A stretch of 64,000 nucleotides of DNA from positions 26,917 through 90,916 of the forward strand of contig PNNH01000100.1 in the NCBI GenBank assembly GCA_013824165.1, given 5' to 3'. The DNA comes from Methylibium sp. GTDB taxonomy: Bacteria; Pseudomonadota; Gammaproteobacteria; Burkholderiales; Burkholderiaceae_C. A model generated the notes under the pieces. The model did not search any database, was not told where the DNA came from, and saw only the letters and a list, made by a program, of their open reading frames with translations. Below are positions 47,473 through 57,772 of this stretch, piece by piece. The stretch's first letter is position 1. Each line of letters starts with the position of its first letter. Both the position numbers and the translations under genes were made by a program.

Positions 47473-49230
47473 GTGTCGAACACTCAAGGTCGGCCGTCCC
47501 CGATACGCTCACAATCCAGCATGGTTGTCGTGACTGATCCGCAGCAATCTCTGACCGCGGCGCAAGCGGCGCTGGCGCAGGCTTTGCGCTGTCATGAGGT
47601 GTCGGATCACCAGGCTGGCCAGGCAGCAGCGCAGCAGGCGCTGGACCTTGCGCAGCAGGCCCAGGCGCCCGAGTTGCAAGCCCAGGCGGGCGCCGTGCTG
47701 GCCCTGCATCTGCATCGCAATGGCGAAGTTGAAGCTGCCTTGGCCCAGGGGCAGCAGGCGCTGAATCTCATGCCCGAGCACGGCGATGGCGGCCTGCGAG
47801 CCCGCTTGCTCAGCACCTTGGCGCTGTCCTGCGATCAACTGGAGCTGCCCGTTGATGCGCTGGACTACGCCCTGGCCGCGCTGGACTGTGCGCGTTCTGC
47901 GGGCGAGGTTGGTCCGGTGTGCATGGCTATGTGCCGGGTGGCAACCGCCTATGTGCGCATGGCTAATCCTGCACGTGCCGACACCTTTGCGCAGCAAGCC
48001 TTGGAGCTGGCCCGCCTGCACCGTGATGAGGAGCAGATGTTCCGTGCGCTTAACACTCTGGTCGACAGCAAGCTGGAGCAAGGGGATGCGCTGGCACAGA
48101 ACGGTGAGCAGGAGCCTGCTCGCCAGTGCTTTGTTCAGGCCCTGGCCTTGGCGGATGAGGCGCTGACTTTGGGGGGGCGTTCAGGTGAGCTCTATCGCGC
48201 CAATGTCGGGCGCATCAATCACGCGGTGGTGTTGCTCAAGCTGGGCCGAGCCGAACAGGCGCTGGCTGGATTTGATCAGGCCTTGGCCGTCGCGCAGGCT
48301 CATGGTTTTGAGCTGATGACGTCGGCCCTGTTCGACATGCGGGCACAAGCCTTGATGCAGCTGAATCGCCTGCCTGAAGCTATCGAGCTGATGGAGCAAG
48401 CCCTGACCCTCATCGACGTGAACGAGGACCCGGGCGCCTTCGAGCAGCTGCACGAACACCTCTATGAAGCGCACAAGCTCCAGGGCGATCTGGCCCAGGC
48501 GCTGCTGCATCATGAGCGTCTGCGCGAGTTGGAGCGGCAGCGCTTTAGCCAGCGTGAGAGCACCCACCTGCGCGTCCTGTTGACCAAGGCCGAGTTGGAG
48601 CGCTCACGGCTGACCGCCGAGCGGGCCGAGATGGAGGCACAGATCCAGCGGCTGCGTGCCTTCGAGCTGCAAGTGGAGCGCGACGCACTGGCCGCGCAGG
48701 CCCACGAGTTGGGCCGCCATGCGGCCGAAGACGCGCTGACCGGCCTGCCCAATCGCCGCGCCATGGATTTGCAGCTGGCCACGCTGTTTGCGCTGGACGA
48801 AGATCAGGCCAGCGCCGCGCCCTGGTCTTTGGCCGTCCTGGACCTGGATTACTTCAAGCACATCAATGACCGCTTTGGTCACGCCGTGGGTGACGATGTC
48901 CTGCGCGCGGTCGGTTCCCTCCTCAGCCACGGACTGCGCCCACCCGATGTGGTGGGACGCATGGGCGGCGAAGAGTTCCTGATCCTGCTGCGCAACACGC
49001 CACTGGAGCAGGCCCTGCCGGTGTGCGAACGCCTGCGCCAGCTGATCGAATCACACGATTGGGCTGCCCTGGCGCCGGAGGTCGGCGGCCTGAAGTTGCG
49101 GGTGACCGCCAGCCTGGGCGTGTGCCGCGTGATGCCCGGTGAAGACATGCGCAGCGCCTTGGAGCGTGCTGACAACGCGATGTACCGGGCCAAGCAGTCG
49201 GGGCGCAACCGGGTGGTGGCCCAGGCGTGA
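47473..49230 (+). CDS. Diguanylate cyclase: TPR-like repeats, coiled coil, GGDEF domain with I-site
   Basis: The protein contains LTGLPNRRAM, DLDYFKHINDRFGH and RPPDVVGRMGGEEFLILL (RxxD five residues before GGEEF). The start is uncertain: GTG 47473 or ATG 47521. Confidence 0.88.
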   Translation: MSNTQGRPSPIRSQSSMVVVTDPQQSLTAAQAALAQALRCHEVSDHQAGQAAAQQALDLAQQAQAPELQAQAGAVLALHLHRNGEVEAALAQGQQALNLMPEHGDGGLRARLLSTLALSCDQLELPVDALDYALAALDCARSAGEVGPVCMAMCRVATAYVRMANPARADTFAQQALELARLHRDEEQMFRALNTLVDSKLEQGDALAQNGEQEPARQCFVQALALADEALTLGGRSGELYRANVGRINHAVVLLKLGRAEQALAGFDQALAVAQAHGFELMTSALFDMRAQALMQLNRLPEAIELMEQALTLIDVNEDPGAFEQLHEHLYEAHKLQGDLAQALLHHERLRELERQRFSQRESTHLRVLLTKAELERSRLTAERAEMEAQIQRLRAFELQVERDALAAQAHELGRHAAEDALTGLPNRRAMDLQLATLFALDEDQASAAPWSLAVLDLDYFKHINDRFGHAVGDDVLRAVGSLLSHGLRPPDVVGRMGGEEFLILLRNTPLEQALPVCERLRQLIESHDWAALAPEVGGLKLRVTASLGVCRVMPGEDMRSALERADNAMYRAKQSGRNRVVAQA

Positions 49231-49299
49231 TGCTGAGGGCTTGAAGGCGCAGGCGGCCGCAGCCGCTACCCCTTTTCGCGAAACCGCTGGGTCAACGGG

Positions 49300-50238
49300 C
49301 TAACTGACAGGGTGGCTGGCGACCGGAGCGCTGGCCAGCGCTGCGGCCAGTGCCTCGATGAACAGCCGTGTGCGCAGCGGCATCAGCCGGCGCTCCGGAA
49401 ACACGGCCCAGCAGGCGGCTGGCGCGAGGCACCATTCGGGAAGCACGCGCAGCAGCTCACCGCGCTCCACATAAGGACGGGCGAACAGATCGCCGACGGC
49501 GGTCACACCCACACCGGCGCAGGCCAGGCGCAGCAAGGTCTCGGGCGAGTTGACCAGCGTGCGCCGCGCCGGCATGCCTTGCCAGCGCTGTTGCGCGTCG
49601 CCGTCACCTCGGCTCAGGCTCCAGGCCATGGGCTCGCCGGAGCGTGAAAGGATCATCAAGGCGTGAAGCTTCAGCAGGTCGGCCGCCTGGGCCGGCTGCC
49701 CCTGAGCCTGCAGATAGGCGGGGGCCGCGTACAGACCACTGGTGAAGGTGGCCAGTCGCCGCGCAGCCAGCTGGCTGTCCTCGGGGAGATCGCCCATGCG
49801 GATCGCGAGGTCGAAGCCCTCGGCGATCAGGTCGACGCGGCGCGGTGACAGATCCAGCTCCAGTGCCACTTCCGGGTAGGCCGTCACAAAGGCCGCCATG
49901 GCCGGCGCCAGCAGCTGGTTGGCCAGGTCGCCGGGCATCGAGACGCGCAGCCGCCCGGTGGGTCTCTGCCGGCGGTGCTGGGCCAGGGCCAGCGCGTTGT
50001 CCACCTCGGTAGCCAGGGCGCGCGCATGTTCCAGCATGCCCTGGCCGAACTCGGTCAGCGCCAGGCTTCGGGTGCTGCGATGCAGCAGCTTTTCGCCCAG
50101 GCGCTGCTCCAGCGCGGCGATGCGGCGCGAGACGGTGGACTTGGGCCAGTGCACGCGCTCCGCGGCGCGGCTGAAGCTGCCCGCCTCCACCACACGGGCG
50201 AACAGCAAGAGATCGTCGGCATCCGGGTTCATGGCCAC
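49300..50238 (-). CDS. LysR-family transcriptional regulator
   Basis: The HTH reads [35 protein letters not shown] and is followed by a LysR substrate domain. The gene is divergent from azoR-pirin. Confidence 0.9.
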   Translation of the reverse strand: MAMNPDADDLLLFARVVEAGSFSRAAERVHWPKSTVSRRIAALEQRLGEKLLHRSTRSLALTEFGQGMLEHARALATEVDNALALAQHRRQRPTGRLRVSMPGDLANQLLAPAMAAFVTAYPEVALELDLSPRRVDLIAEGFDLAIRMGDLPEDSQLAARRLATFTSGLYAAPAYLQAQGQPAQAADLLKLHALMILSRSGEPMAWSLSRGDGDAQQRWQGMPARRTLVNSPETLLRLACAGVGVTAVGDLFARPYVERGELLRVLPEWCLAPAACWAVFPERRLMPLRTRLFIEALAAALASAPVASHPVS

Positions 50239-50352
50239 GATTGTGCTGCTGATGGAACAGTGAAGTCCAATTTTAGGGCTTCTGTTGAGGAATGCAGCTC
50301 AATACAGTGTGCCTATCGGCCCAGCGCCGCCCCAACCGACAGGAGCAAGACC

Positions 50353-51000
50353 ATGAGCACCACGACCCGCCAGATTCTGCAGATCAACGCCAGCAGCCGC
50401 CGTGTCCAGGACGGCCAGGGCTCCTACTCCAGCCGGCTGGCCAGCGAGCTGGCGCAGGCGCTGCTGCAGCGCCAGTCCGGCGCCACGCTGAGCGTGCGTG
50501 AGTTGGGGCTGAACCCGCATCCGGCGCTGGATGAAGCCGCACTGGGCGCCCTGTTCACGCCGGCCGAGAAGCGCAGTGCCGAGCAGGCGGCCCGCGTCGC
50601 CGCCGACAACGCGCTGATCGACGAGCTGCAGGCCAGCGATGTGATCGTGATCGCCACGCCGATGATCAACTTCGGCGTGCCCAGCCAGCTGAAGAACTGG
50701 ATCGACGCGGTGGCCCGCGCCGGCAGTACCTTCCGCTATACCGCCACCGGCCCGGAAGGCCTGGTCAAGGGCAAGCAGGTCTATGTGGTCATCGCCTCAG
50801 GCGGCGTGCACCGCGGCCAATCCACCGACGGCATCACGCCCTATCTGCGCACGGTGCTGGGCTTCCTGGGCATGACGGCGGTCGAGTTCATTTATGCCGA
50901 AGGCCTGGCCATGGGGCCTGAGGCCGAAGCCGCCGGCGTCGCCAGCGCCCGCCAGCAGATTGCCGCGCTGGTCGGCGAGGCAGCAGCGCTCGCCCAATAA
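50353..51000 (+). CDS. azoR: FMN-dependent NADH-azoreductase
   Basis: The protein starts [22 protein letters not shown] and contains [33 protein letters not shown] lies before ATG 50353. Confidence 0.88.
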   Translation: MSTTTRQILQINASSRRVQDGQGSYSSRLASELAQALLQRQSGATLSVRELGLNPHPALDEAALGALFTPAEKRSAEQAARVAADNALIDELQASDVIVIATPMINFGVPSQLKNWIDAVARAGSTFRYTATGPEGLVKGKQVYVVIASGGVHRGQSTDGITPYLRTVLGFLGMTAVEFIYAEGLAMGPEAEAAGVASARQQIAALVGEAAALAQ

Positions 51001-51051
51001 TCCCGGCTTCGCCTTCACCACTCCCTCTTTCGTCCCCGACCGGAGCACGCT

Positions 51052-51942
51052 ATGAGCCTTGCCACCCCGCACGACAGCCTCGCCACGACCCAGCCGGTGC
51101 TGCGACCGCGCGCGGTTGAACGCCTGGTGTCCGGCCAGGCCACCAGCGATGGCGCGGGCGTCAAGCTGACGCGCGTGCTGACGAATGATCTGCAGCGCCG
51201 GCTCGATCCCTTCCTGATGCTGGATGCTTTCGGCTCGGACAAGGCTGACGATTACATCGCCGGCTTTCCCGACCATCCGCACCGCGGCTTCGAGACGGTC
51301 ACCTACATGCTTGAAGGCCGTATGCGCCACCGCGACTCGGCCGGCAACGAAGGCCTGCTGGGCAATGGCGGCGTGCAGTGGATGACCGCCGGCCGTGGCG
51401 TGATCCACAGCGAGCTGCCCGAGCAGGAAGACGGCCGCATGGAAGGCTTCCAGTTGTGGCTGAACCTGCCGGCCAAGGACAAGCTGTGTCCGCCCTGGTA
51501 TCGCGACATTCCGAGCGCGCAGATTCCCGAGTTCGAGCGCCAGGGCGTCACCGTGCGCGTGATCGCCGGCAGCAGCCACGGCGTGGCCGGCGCGATGCAG
51601 CGCGAGGCCACTGCGCCGTTGTATCTGGACCTGCATCTGGCCCCTGGCGCGCAGTTCGAGCAGGTGCTGCCGGAAGGCCACAACGCCTTTGTCTATGTGT
51701 ATCGCGGCAGCCTGAAGCTTGAAGGCGGCTGCACCGTGCCGCAGCAGCGCATGGCGATCTTCGCCAACACGCCGGGCAGCGACGGCGTACGCCTGCAGGC
51801 CGGTGAGGCGCCGACGCGGGCCATCCTGATCGCCGGCCGGCCGCTGAAGGAACCGATCGCGCAGTACGGCCCCTTCGTGATGAACACCCGCGAAGAGTTG
51901 ATGCAGGCGGTGCACGATTTCCAAAACGGGCAGCTGGCCTGA
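51052..51942 (+). CDS. Pirin-family protein
   Basis: The protein contains FPDHPHRGFETVTYMLEG, QWMTAGRGVIHSE and GPFVMNTREEL. Confidence 0.92.
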   Translation: MSLATPHDSLATTQPVLRPRAVERLVSGQATSDGAGVKLTRVLTNDLQRRLDPFLMLDAFGSDKADDYIAGFPDHPHRGFETVTYMLEGRMRHRDSAGNEGLLGNGGVQWMTAGRGVIHSELPEQEDGRMEGFQLWLNLPAKDKLCPPWYRDIPSAQIPEFERQGVTVRVIAGSSHGVAGAMQREATAPLYLDLHLAPGAQFEQVLPEGHNAFVYVYRGSLKLEGGCTVPQQRMAIFANTPGSDGVRLQAGEAPTRAILIAGRPLKEPIAQYGPFVMNTREELMQAVHDFQNGQLA

Positions 51943-52042
51943 GTCTGACCTGCGTCAAGCCAGCTTGGTTTGCGTCACTCGTGCATGGGATACCGCCACT
52001 TTTCGCTTGATGAGGCGCGTGGGCTGGCCTTAGCCTGCAGGC

Positions 52043-54001
52043 ATGACCACGCCACGCAGCTATCCGCACGACACCATTCCCGCCGCGCTGGACGCGCTGA
52101 GCGAGCGCCCCGCCGCCTTGCGGCCGGCGCCTGTGGCTGTCGATCTTGATGGCGTCTGGAACGCCCTGCGCAGCCAGCCCGAGCAACATGCGCCACATCT
52201 CGGCGATGCACTGATCGAAGCGGGCCTGCTGGGCGCAGCGCAGCTGCAAACCGCCTTGCGGCGCCAGGCCGCAATGGGCCAACATGTGCCGATCGGTGAA
52301 CTGCTAGTGCAGCTCGGCCTGATCAGCCCGGCCCAGCTTCGCATGACCCTGGCCGCCTGGCTGGGCGTGCCCACCGTCGACCTGGCCCATGCCCGGCCCG
52401 AGCCGCAGGCGCTGGACCGCGTGCCGCGCGCGCTGGCGCAGCGCGAATCTGTGCTGCCGCTGATGGTGCGCGAGGACATGCTGGTGGTGGTGGTCTCCGA
52501 CCCCTGGGATCAGCGCCTGCTGGACGTGCTGCGCTTCGTCACCGAGCTGCGCATACGCCCGGTGCTGGCCGCGCCGGGTACCTTGACGCCGGCGATTGCC
52601 CAGGCCTACCAGATCAAGCTGGATGCCCAGGGCGGCAGCCCCGCGCCGAGCAGCGGTCCGGGCCTGCCGATGCAGGCACAGAGCATTCGCGAGCTGGCCC
52701 AGGAACTGGGCGAGGGCGATGCCGCCAGTGCCGAGGCGGATGCCGGCGCTGTCTCGGAGTCCGACAACGCGCTGGTGCGCCTGGTCAATCGCCTGATCGC
52801 GGATGCGGTCGAGCTGCGCGCTTCCGACATCCACATCGAGACCTTCGAGGCGCCCAAGCCGGTGCGTGTGCGCATGCGCGTCGATGGCGATCTGGTGCGC
52901 TATCTGGAACTGCCGGCGCGCGTGCGCTTTGCCGTGGTGGCGCGGCTGAAGATCATGGCCGATCTCGACATCTCCGAGCACCGTCGGCCGCAGGACGGCA
53001 AGATCGACTTCAGCCGCTTCGGTGGCGCGCCGCTGGAGCTGCGCATGGTCACCGTGCCGACCAGCGGCGGGCTGGAGGACGTGGTGCTGCGCCTGCTGGG
53101 CGGCATGCGGCCGCTGCCGCTGGATGGCATCGGTCTGTCGGACGCCAATCTGGAGGGTTTGCGCCGCATGATGGCCAAGCCCTATGGCCTGCTGCTGATC
53201 TGCGGCCCGACCGGTTGCGGCAAGACCACCACGCTGCACTCGGTGATGCGCGAGTTGAACGAGGACAAGCGCAAGATCTGGACTGCCGAGGACCCGATCG
53301 AGATCACGCAGGATGGTCTGCGCCAGGTGCAGATGAATCCGCGCATCGGCTGGACTTTCGCGGCAGCGATGCGCACCTTTCTGCGCGCCGATCCGGATGT
53401 CATCATGATCGGCGAGATGCGCGACGAGGAGACCGCACGCATCGCGGTAGAGGCCTCGCTGACCGGCCATCTGGTGATGTCCACGCTGCACACCAACTCG
53501 GCGCCCGAGAGCGTCACGCGCCTGCTCGAAATCGGGCTGGACCCCTTCATGTTCTCGGACTCCTTGCTGGCCGTGCTGGCGCAGCGCTTGGTGCGGCGCC
53601 TGTGCCTGGACTGCCGCGTGCCCGAGCCGCTGGACGAGCGCGCCACGCGTTCGCTGCTGCGCCTGTATCTGCAGTCGGGCAGCGGCGCCTCCGATCACAG
53701 CGAGGAGACGCTGTTGGCGAACTGGCATCAGCATTGCGCGGTCGATGGCCAGTTACGCCAGTACCGCCGCAATGGCTGCGATGCCTGCGGCGGCACGGGC
53801 TACAAGGGCCGCCTGGGCATCCACGAACTGGTGATCGCCGATGAGGCGCTGCGCGAGCTGATCCGGCGCCGCGCGCCAGCCAGCGAGATGTTCGTCGCCG
53901 CGCAGCGTAGTGGCATGAGCACGCTGCGCCAGGACGGCATCGCCAAGCTGCTGGCGGGCCTGACCGATCTGACCGAGGTGCTGGCGGCGACCGGGCAGTA
54001 A
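52043..54001 (+). CDS. GspE/PilB/MshE-family secretion ATPase with N-terminal tandem MshEN-like motifs; no partner secretion or pilus genes nearby
   Basis: It has Walker A GPTGCGKTTT, an Asp box, Walker B (VIMIGEMRD), a His box (LVMSTLHTN) and a tetracysteine motif (CLDC...CDAC). The N-terminus carries HLGDALIEAGLLGAAQLQTALRRQ and PIGELLVQLGLISPAQLRMTLAAW. Confidence 0.88.
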   Translation: MTTPRSYPHDTIPAALDALSERPAALRPAPVAVDLDGVWNALRSQPEQHAPHLGDALIEAGLLGAAQLQTALRRQAAMGQHVPIGELLVQLGLISPAQLRMTLAAWLGVPTVDLAHARPEPQALDRVPRALAQRESVLPLMVREDMLVVVVSDPWDQRLLDVLRFVTELRIRPVLAAPGTLTPAIAQAYQIKLDAQGGSPAPSSGPGLPMQAQSIRELAQELGEGDAASAEADAGAVSESDNALVRLVNRLIADAVELRASDIHIETFEAPKPVRVRMRVDGDLVRYLELPARVRFAVVARLKIMADLDISEHRRPQDGKIDFSRFGGAPLELRMVTVPTSGGLEDVVLRLLGGMRPLPLDGIGLSDANLEGLRRMMAKPYGLLLICGPTGCGKTTTLHSVMRELNEDKRKIWTAEDPIEITQDGLRQVQMNPRIGWTFAAAMRTFLRADPDVIMIGEMRDEETARIAVEASLTGHLVMSTLHTNSAPESVTRLLEIGLDPFMFSDSLLAVLAQRLVRRLCLDCRVPEPLDERATRSLLRLYLQSGSGASDHSEETLLANWHQHCAVDGQLRQYRRNGCDACGGTGYKGRLGIHELVIADEALRELIRRRAPASEMFVAAQRSGMSTLRQDGIAKLLAGLTDLTEVLAATGQ

Positions 54002-54114
54002 AGCCAGCATCCACGCTGATCCGACAGGTGGACTGTGCCACGTGGCCTACTGCCATGACGGTGTCTGCAGAGCCTGGGCAGACTGCGGAGCCCCCCACTG
54101 CGAAAGGCTGTTCC

Positions 54115-54621
54115 ATGTTTGCTGCTGTCAGCGCTCCGAGCGACTTTGATTTCATCATCGGGAACTGGACGGTTCAGCATCGCCGCTTGAGGCGACGCCT
54201 GGCCGGGTGCGCTGAATGGGACGAGTTTCAAGGCGGCAGCTGCACGCGCAAGGTGCTGGGCGGCTTCGGCAACCTCGAAGACAACCTGCTGGCGCTTCCT
54301 GAGGGTGCCTACCGCGCGCTGGCGCTGCGCTCGTACGACACAGCCAGCCGGCAGTGGGCCATCTGGTGGCTCGACGGCCGCAGCCCGCATGCGCTGGATG
54401 TGCCTGTCGTCGGAGGTTTCGTCGACGGGGTCGGTCGCTTCTATGCCGATGACTGCTTGAACGGTCAGGCGATCCGGGTGCGCTTTTTGTGGATGCAGCC
54501 CGCCCCGGCGAGGCCGCGCTGGGAGCAGGCTTTCTCTGCCGATGGCGGCAAGAGCTGGGAAACCAACTGGATCATGGATTTCAGCGCCCTGCCGGCTGAA
54601 GCCCGCGGTTCTGCAAGCTGA
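54115..54621 (+). CDS. Conserved hypothetical protein (beta-rich, lipocalin-like family seen widely in actinobacteria and proteobacteria)
   Basis: The protein reads FDFIIGNWTVQHRRL...WDEFQGG...VLGGFGNLED...WAIWWLDGRSP...VVGGFVDGVGRFYADD...IRVRFLW...WEQAFSADGGKSWETNWIMDF. Start ATG 54115 is preceded by AAGG. Confidence 0.65.
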   Translation: MFAAVSAPSDFDFIIGNWTVQHRRLRRRLAGCAEWDEFQGGSCTRKVLGGFGNLEDNLLALPEGAYRALALRSYDTASRQWAIWWLDGRSPHALDVPVVGGFVDGVGRFYADDCLNGQAIRVRFLWMQPAPARPRWEQAFSADGGKSWETNWIMDFSALPAEARGSAS

Positions 54622-54639
54622 GTTCACGGCGACCGCCGT

Positions 54640-55056
54640 TCACTGAGTCCTTGCTAAGGCGGTGTCCGCGAGCCCGTCGAGTATGGGGCAGTCCGGGCGC
54701 TCGTCGCCGCGGCAGCAACTGACCAGCTGTTCCAGCGCCAGCTTCATCGCCTGCATCTCGGCCAGGCGGCGCTCAAGGTCGGCGATATGCGATTTGGCGA
54801 TGCGCTTGACCTCGCTGCTGGCGCGGCGCCGGTCTTGCCAAAGCGCCAGCAGCTCGGAGATCTCGGCTATCGAGAAGCCCAGGTCGCGGGCGCGCCGGAT
54901 GAAGCGTAGCGTGTGCACATCGCTATCCGAATAGAGCCGGTAGCCGGCTTCGGTGCGCGCTACCTTGGGCAGCAGGCCCAGCGATTCGTAATGCCGCAGC
55001 ATCTTGGCGGATACGCCCGAGCGTGCGGCGGCGTCGCCGATGGTGATGTGGCTCAT
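54640..55056 (-). CDS. cueR: Cu(I)-responsive MerR-family regulator CueR
   Basis: The protein starts [29 protein letters not shown]. The C-terminal metal loop is [12 protein letters not shown]. The start overlaps the copA stop (ATGA). Confidence 0.88.
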   Translation of the reverse strand: MSHITIGDAAARSGVSAKMLRHYESLGLLPKVARTEAGYRLYSDSDVHTLRFIRRARDLGFSIAEISELLALWQDRRRASSEVKRIAKSHIADLERRLAEMQAMKLALEQLVSCCRGDERPDCPILDGLADTALARTQ

Positions 55057-57434
55057 GGCTTTGCCTTCGCGGTCCAGCGCTTGAGCAGCAACGCATTGCT
55101 GACCACCGACACGCTGGAGAAAGCCATCGCTGCACCAGCAATCACCGGGTTCAGATAGCCGAGCGCGGCCAGCGGAATGCCAACAACGTTGTATGCAAAG
55201 GCCCAGAACAGGTTCTGCCGGATCTTGGCCAGCGTGCGCCGCGACAGCTCGATGGCTTGCGCCACCAGCGCCGGGTCACCTCGCATCAAGGTGATGCCGG
55301 CCGCATGCATGGCCACATCGGTGCCGGTGGACATGGCCAGCCCCACATCGGCTGCAGCCAGTGCGGGCGCATCGTTGATGCCGTCGCCGACCATGGCCAC
55401 GCGCTGCGTGCCTCCGGCCTTGAGCTCGCTGATGATGCGGGCCTTGTCCTCGGGCAGCACCTCGGCGCGCACCTCGTCGAGGCCGAGTGCCCGGCCCACC
55501 GCCTCGGCGCTGCCGCGGTTGTCGCCGCTGAGCATCACGGTGCGCAGGCCCAGGGCCTTGAGGGCCTGGATGGCGGCGGCCGCAGTGGGCTTGAGCGGGT
55601 CGCCAAAAGCCAGCAGGCCCAGTAGGCGCGGAGCAGGCGTCAGCGTGGCCAGCCAGGACACGGTGCGGCCCTCAAGCTGCAACTGGCTGGCGTTGGCCTG
55701 CAGGGCCGCGCAGTCCACGCTCAGCTCCTGCATCAGGCGCGAGCTGCCCAGGCGCAGCTTCGCGCCGTCGACGCTGGCGGCCACGCCGCGTCCGGCGATG
55801 GCACGCAAGGCGCTGGCGGCCGGCACCTCGAGCCCGCGTGTGCTGGCCGCCGCGCCGACTGCGCGCGCCAGCGGGTGCTCGCTGCCTGCCTGCAAGGCCG
55901 CAGCCAGCGCCAGCACCTGGGGCTCGTCCTCGCCGGGCGCGGCCTGCAGGGCCACCAGCTCCGGCTTGCCGGCGGTCAGCGTGCCGGTCTTGTCAAAGGC
56001 CACGATGCTCAGATGCGCGGCCAGCTCCAGCGCCTGCGCGTCCTTGATCAGCATGCCGTGCCGCGCGGCCACGCCGGTGCCGGCCATGATGGCGGTGGGC
56101 GTGGCCAGGCCCAGCGCGCAGGGGCACGCGATCACCAGCACCGCCACCGCGTTCAGCAGCGCCTGCTCCCAGTTGCCGTTCGCCAGGCCCCAGCCCAGCA
56201 GCGTGACCGCGGCGATGCCCGCCACCACTGGCACGAAGACGGCGCTGACCTGATCGACCAGGCGCTGGATCGGTGCTTTGCCGGCCTGGGCCGACTCGAC
56301 CAGGCGCACGATGCGCGACAGCGTCGACTCCGCGCCCAGCGCCGTGACGCGCAGCTGCATCAGCCCCTCGCCATTGACGGCGCCGCCTACCACCTTGTCG
56401 CCGACATGCTTGGCCACAGGCAGGCTCTCGCCGGTGATGAGCGATTCGTCCACCTGGCTGTCGCCTTCAATCAGCTCGCCATCCACCGGGATGCGCTCGC
56501 CCGGGCGCACCAGCACCGTGTCGCCCAGCACCAGCTGGGCCAGCGGCAGCTCCAGCTCCTGCCCGTCACGGCGCACCCGCGCGGTTTCCGGTCGCAGTGC
56601 CTTGAGCGCGCGGATCGCTTCGGTGGTCTGGCGCTTGGCGCGCGCCTCCAGCCATTTACCCAGCAGCACCAGTGTGATGACGACCGCGGCCGATTCGAAA
56701 TACAGCGCATGCGCATGGCTGCCGTGCCGCAGCAGCTGATACAGGCTCAGGCCGAAGGCGGCGCTGGTGCCCAGCGCCACCAGCAGGTCCATATTGCCGG
56801 CGCCGGCGCGCAGCGCGGCCCAGCCGGCCTTGTAGAAGCGCGCGCCCAGCCAGAACTGCACCGGTAGCGTCAGGGCCAACTGCCACCAGCCATCGATCAT
56901 CCAGTGGCGGCCGACCAGCAGGCCCAGCATGGGCAGCACCATTGGCGCCGACAGCCCGGCGGCAATCAGCACCGGCCAGCCGCTGTGCTGCCAATCCGGC
57001 TTGGCGCGCGGCGCGTCACCGGCCAGGCTGGCCTGGTAGCCGGCGCGCGTTACGGCCGCAATCAAGGTCGCTGGCTCCACGTCCGCCAGAGCGTCGACGC
57101 TGGCACTCTCGGTGGCCAGATTGACCGCAGCCTTCAAAACGCCGGGCACTTTCAGCAAGGCCTTCTCGACCCGGCCGACGCAGGAGGCGCAGGTCATGCC
57201 GCTGATCTGGAGCGTCAGCTGCTGCTCTCGCAGGCTGTAGCCGGCCTTGACGACCGCCTCGCGCAGGGCCGGCATGCCGGTCTTGGCATCGGTCTGCACG
57301 CGGGCGGTCTCTGTGGCCAGATTGACCTCGGCCTGCTGCACGCCGACCACGTTCTTCAGGGCCTTTTCGACCCGGCCGACGCAGGAGGCGCAAGTCATGC
57401 CTGCAATGGGCAGGTTCCATGTGAGGGTGTTCAT
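55053..57434 (-). CDS. copA: Copper-translocating P1B-type ATPase with two N-terminal HMA domains
   Basis: It has two [15 protein letters not shown] motifs, a [10 protein letters not shown] motif, DKTGTLT and GDGINDAP. Confidence 0.95.
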   Translation of the reverse strand: MNTLTWNLPIAGMTCASCVGRVEKALKNVVGVQQAEVNLATETARVQTDAKTGMPALREAVVKAGYSLREQQLTLQISGMTCASCVGRVEKALLKVPGVLKAAVNLATESASVDALADVEPATLIAAVTRAGYQASLAGDAPRAKPDWQHSGWPVLIAAGLSAPMVLPMLGLLVGRHWMIDGWWQLALTLPVQFWLGARFYKAGWAALRAGAGNMDLLVALGTSAAFGLSLYQLLRHGSHAHALYFESAAVVITLVLLGKWLEARAKRQTTEAIRALKALRPETARVRRDGQELELPLAQLVLGDTVLVRPGERIPVDGELIEGDSQVDESLITGESLPVAKHVGDKVVGGAVNGEGLMQLRVTALGAESTLSRIVRLVESAQAGKAPIQRLVDQVSAVFVPVVAGIAAVTLLGWGLANGNWEQALLNAVAVLVIACPCALGLATPTAIMAGTGVAARHGMLIKDAQALELAAHLSIVAFDKTGTLTAGKPELVALQAAPGEDEPQVLALAAALQAGSEHPLARAVGAAASTRGLEVPAASALRAIAGRGVAASVDGAKLRLGSSRLMQELSVDCAALQANASQLQLEGRTVSWLATLTPAPRLLGLLAFGDPLKPTAAAAIQALKALGLRTVMLSGDNRGSAEAVGRALGLDEVRAEVLPEDKARIISELKAGGTQRVAMVGDGINDAPALAAADVGLAMSTGTDVAMHAAGITLMRGDPALVAQAIELSRRTLAKIRQNLFWAFAYNVVGIPLAALGYLNPVIAGAAMAFSSVSVVSNALLLKRWTAKAKP

Positions 57435-57440
57435 GGCGGC

Positions 57441-57472
57441 AGTCTGAAGCTTTCCATGATGGTAAGGTCAAG
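57441..57472 (-). promoter_or_regulatory. MerR(CueR)-type promoter/operator of copA-cueR
   Basis: The minus strand reads cTTGACC-TTACCATCATGGAAAGCTT-CAGACT. It has a 19-nt spacer containing the dyad CTTACCA-N3-TGGAAAG. The -10 element ends 6 nt before the copA ATG. Confidence 0.7.
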
Positions 57473-57495
57473 CCCGCCTGTCACCTGAGCTGTCA

Positions 57496-57527
57496 CTTGA
57501 CCTTGCCATGGTGGCAAGCTTCAGACT
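57496..57527 (+). promoter_or_regulatory. MerR(CueR)-type promoter/operator of copZ
   Basis: The plus strand reads cTTGACC-TTGCCATGGTGGCAAGCTT-CAGACT. It carries the perfect dyad CTTGCCA-N3-TGGCAAG in a 19-nt spacer. It is the mirror image of 57441-57472. Confidence 0.7.
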
Positions 57528-57561
57528 CTGGGCTCTTTTCGTTACTTGTGCGAGTACCGCC

Positions 57562-57765
57562 ATGCATGAATTTCATCTTCCCGACATGAGCTGCGGCCAC
57601 TGCGTCGGCGCCATCACCCAGGCCGTCAAGGCGGCGGACGCGCAGGCCGAGCTTGATTTCAAGCTGGCCCAGCATGAGGTCAGCATCCGCAGCCAGCTGG
57701 GCCGCGAGCAGCTCAGTGAAGTGCTGAGCGAGGCGGGCTATCCACCGGCCGCAGCGGCGGCCTGA
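57562..57765 (+). CDS. copZ: Heavy-metal-associated (CopZ-like) copper chaperone
   Basis: The protein starts MHEFHLPDMSCGHCVGAITQAVK (MxCxxC). ATG 57562 is downstream of the predicted promoter. The track start at 57508 lies inside the operator. Confidence 0.8.
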   Translation: MHEFHLPDMSCGHCVGAITQAVKAADAQAELDFKLAQHEVSIRSQLGREQLSEVLSEAGYPPAAAAA

Positions 57766-57772
57766 GGAGGCT

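Noticed and set aside
57508-57561. The upstream in-frame start of the copZ ORF (85-aa version).
   Set aside because: ATG 57508 lies inside the CueR operator/promoter, so it would be upstream of the transcript start. The HMA fold begins at MHEFHLPDMSCGHC (ATG 57562).
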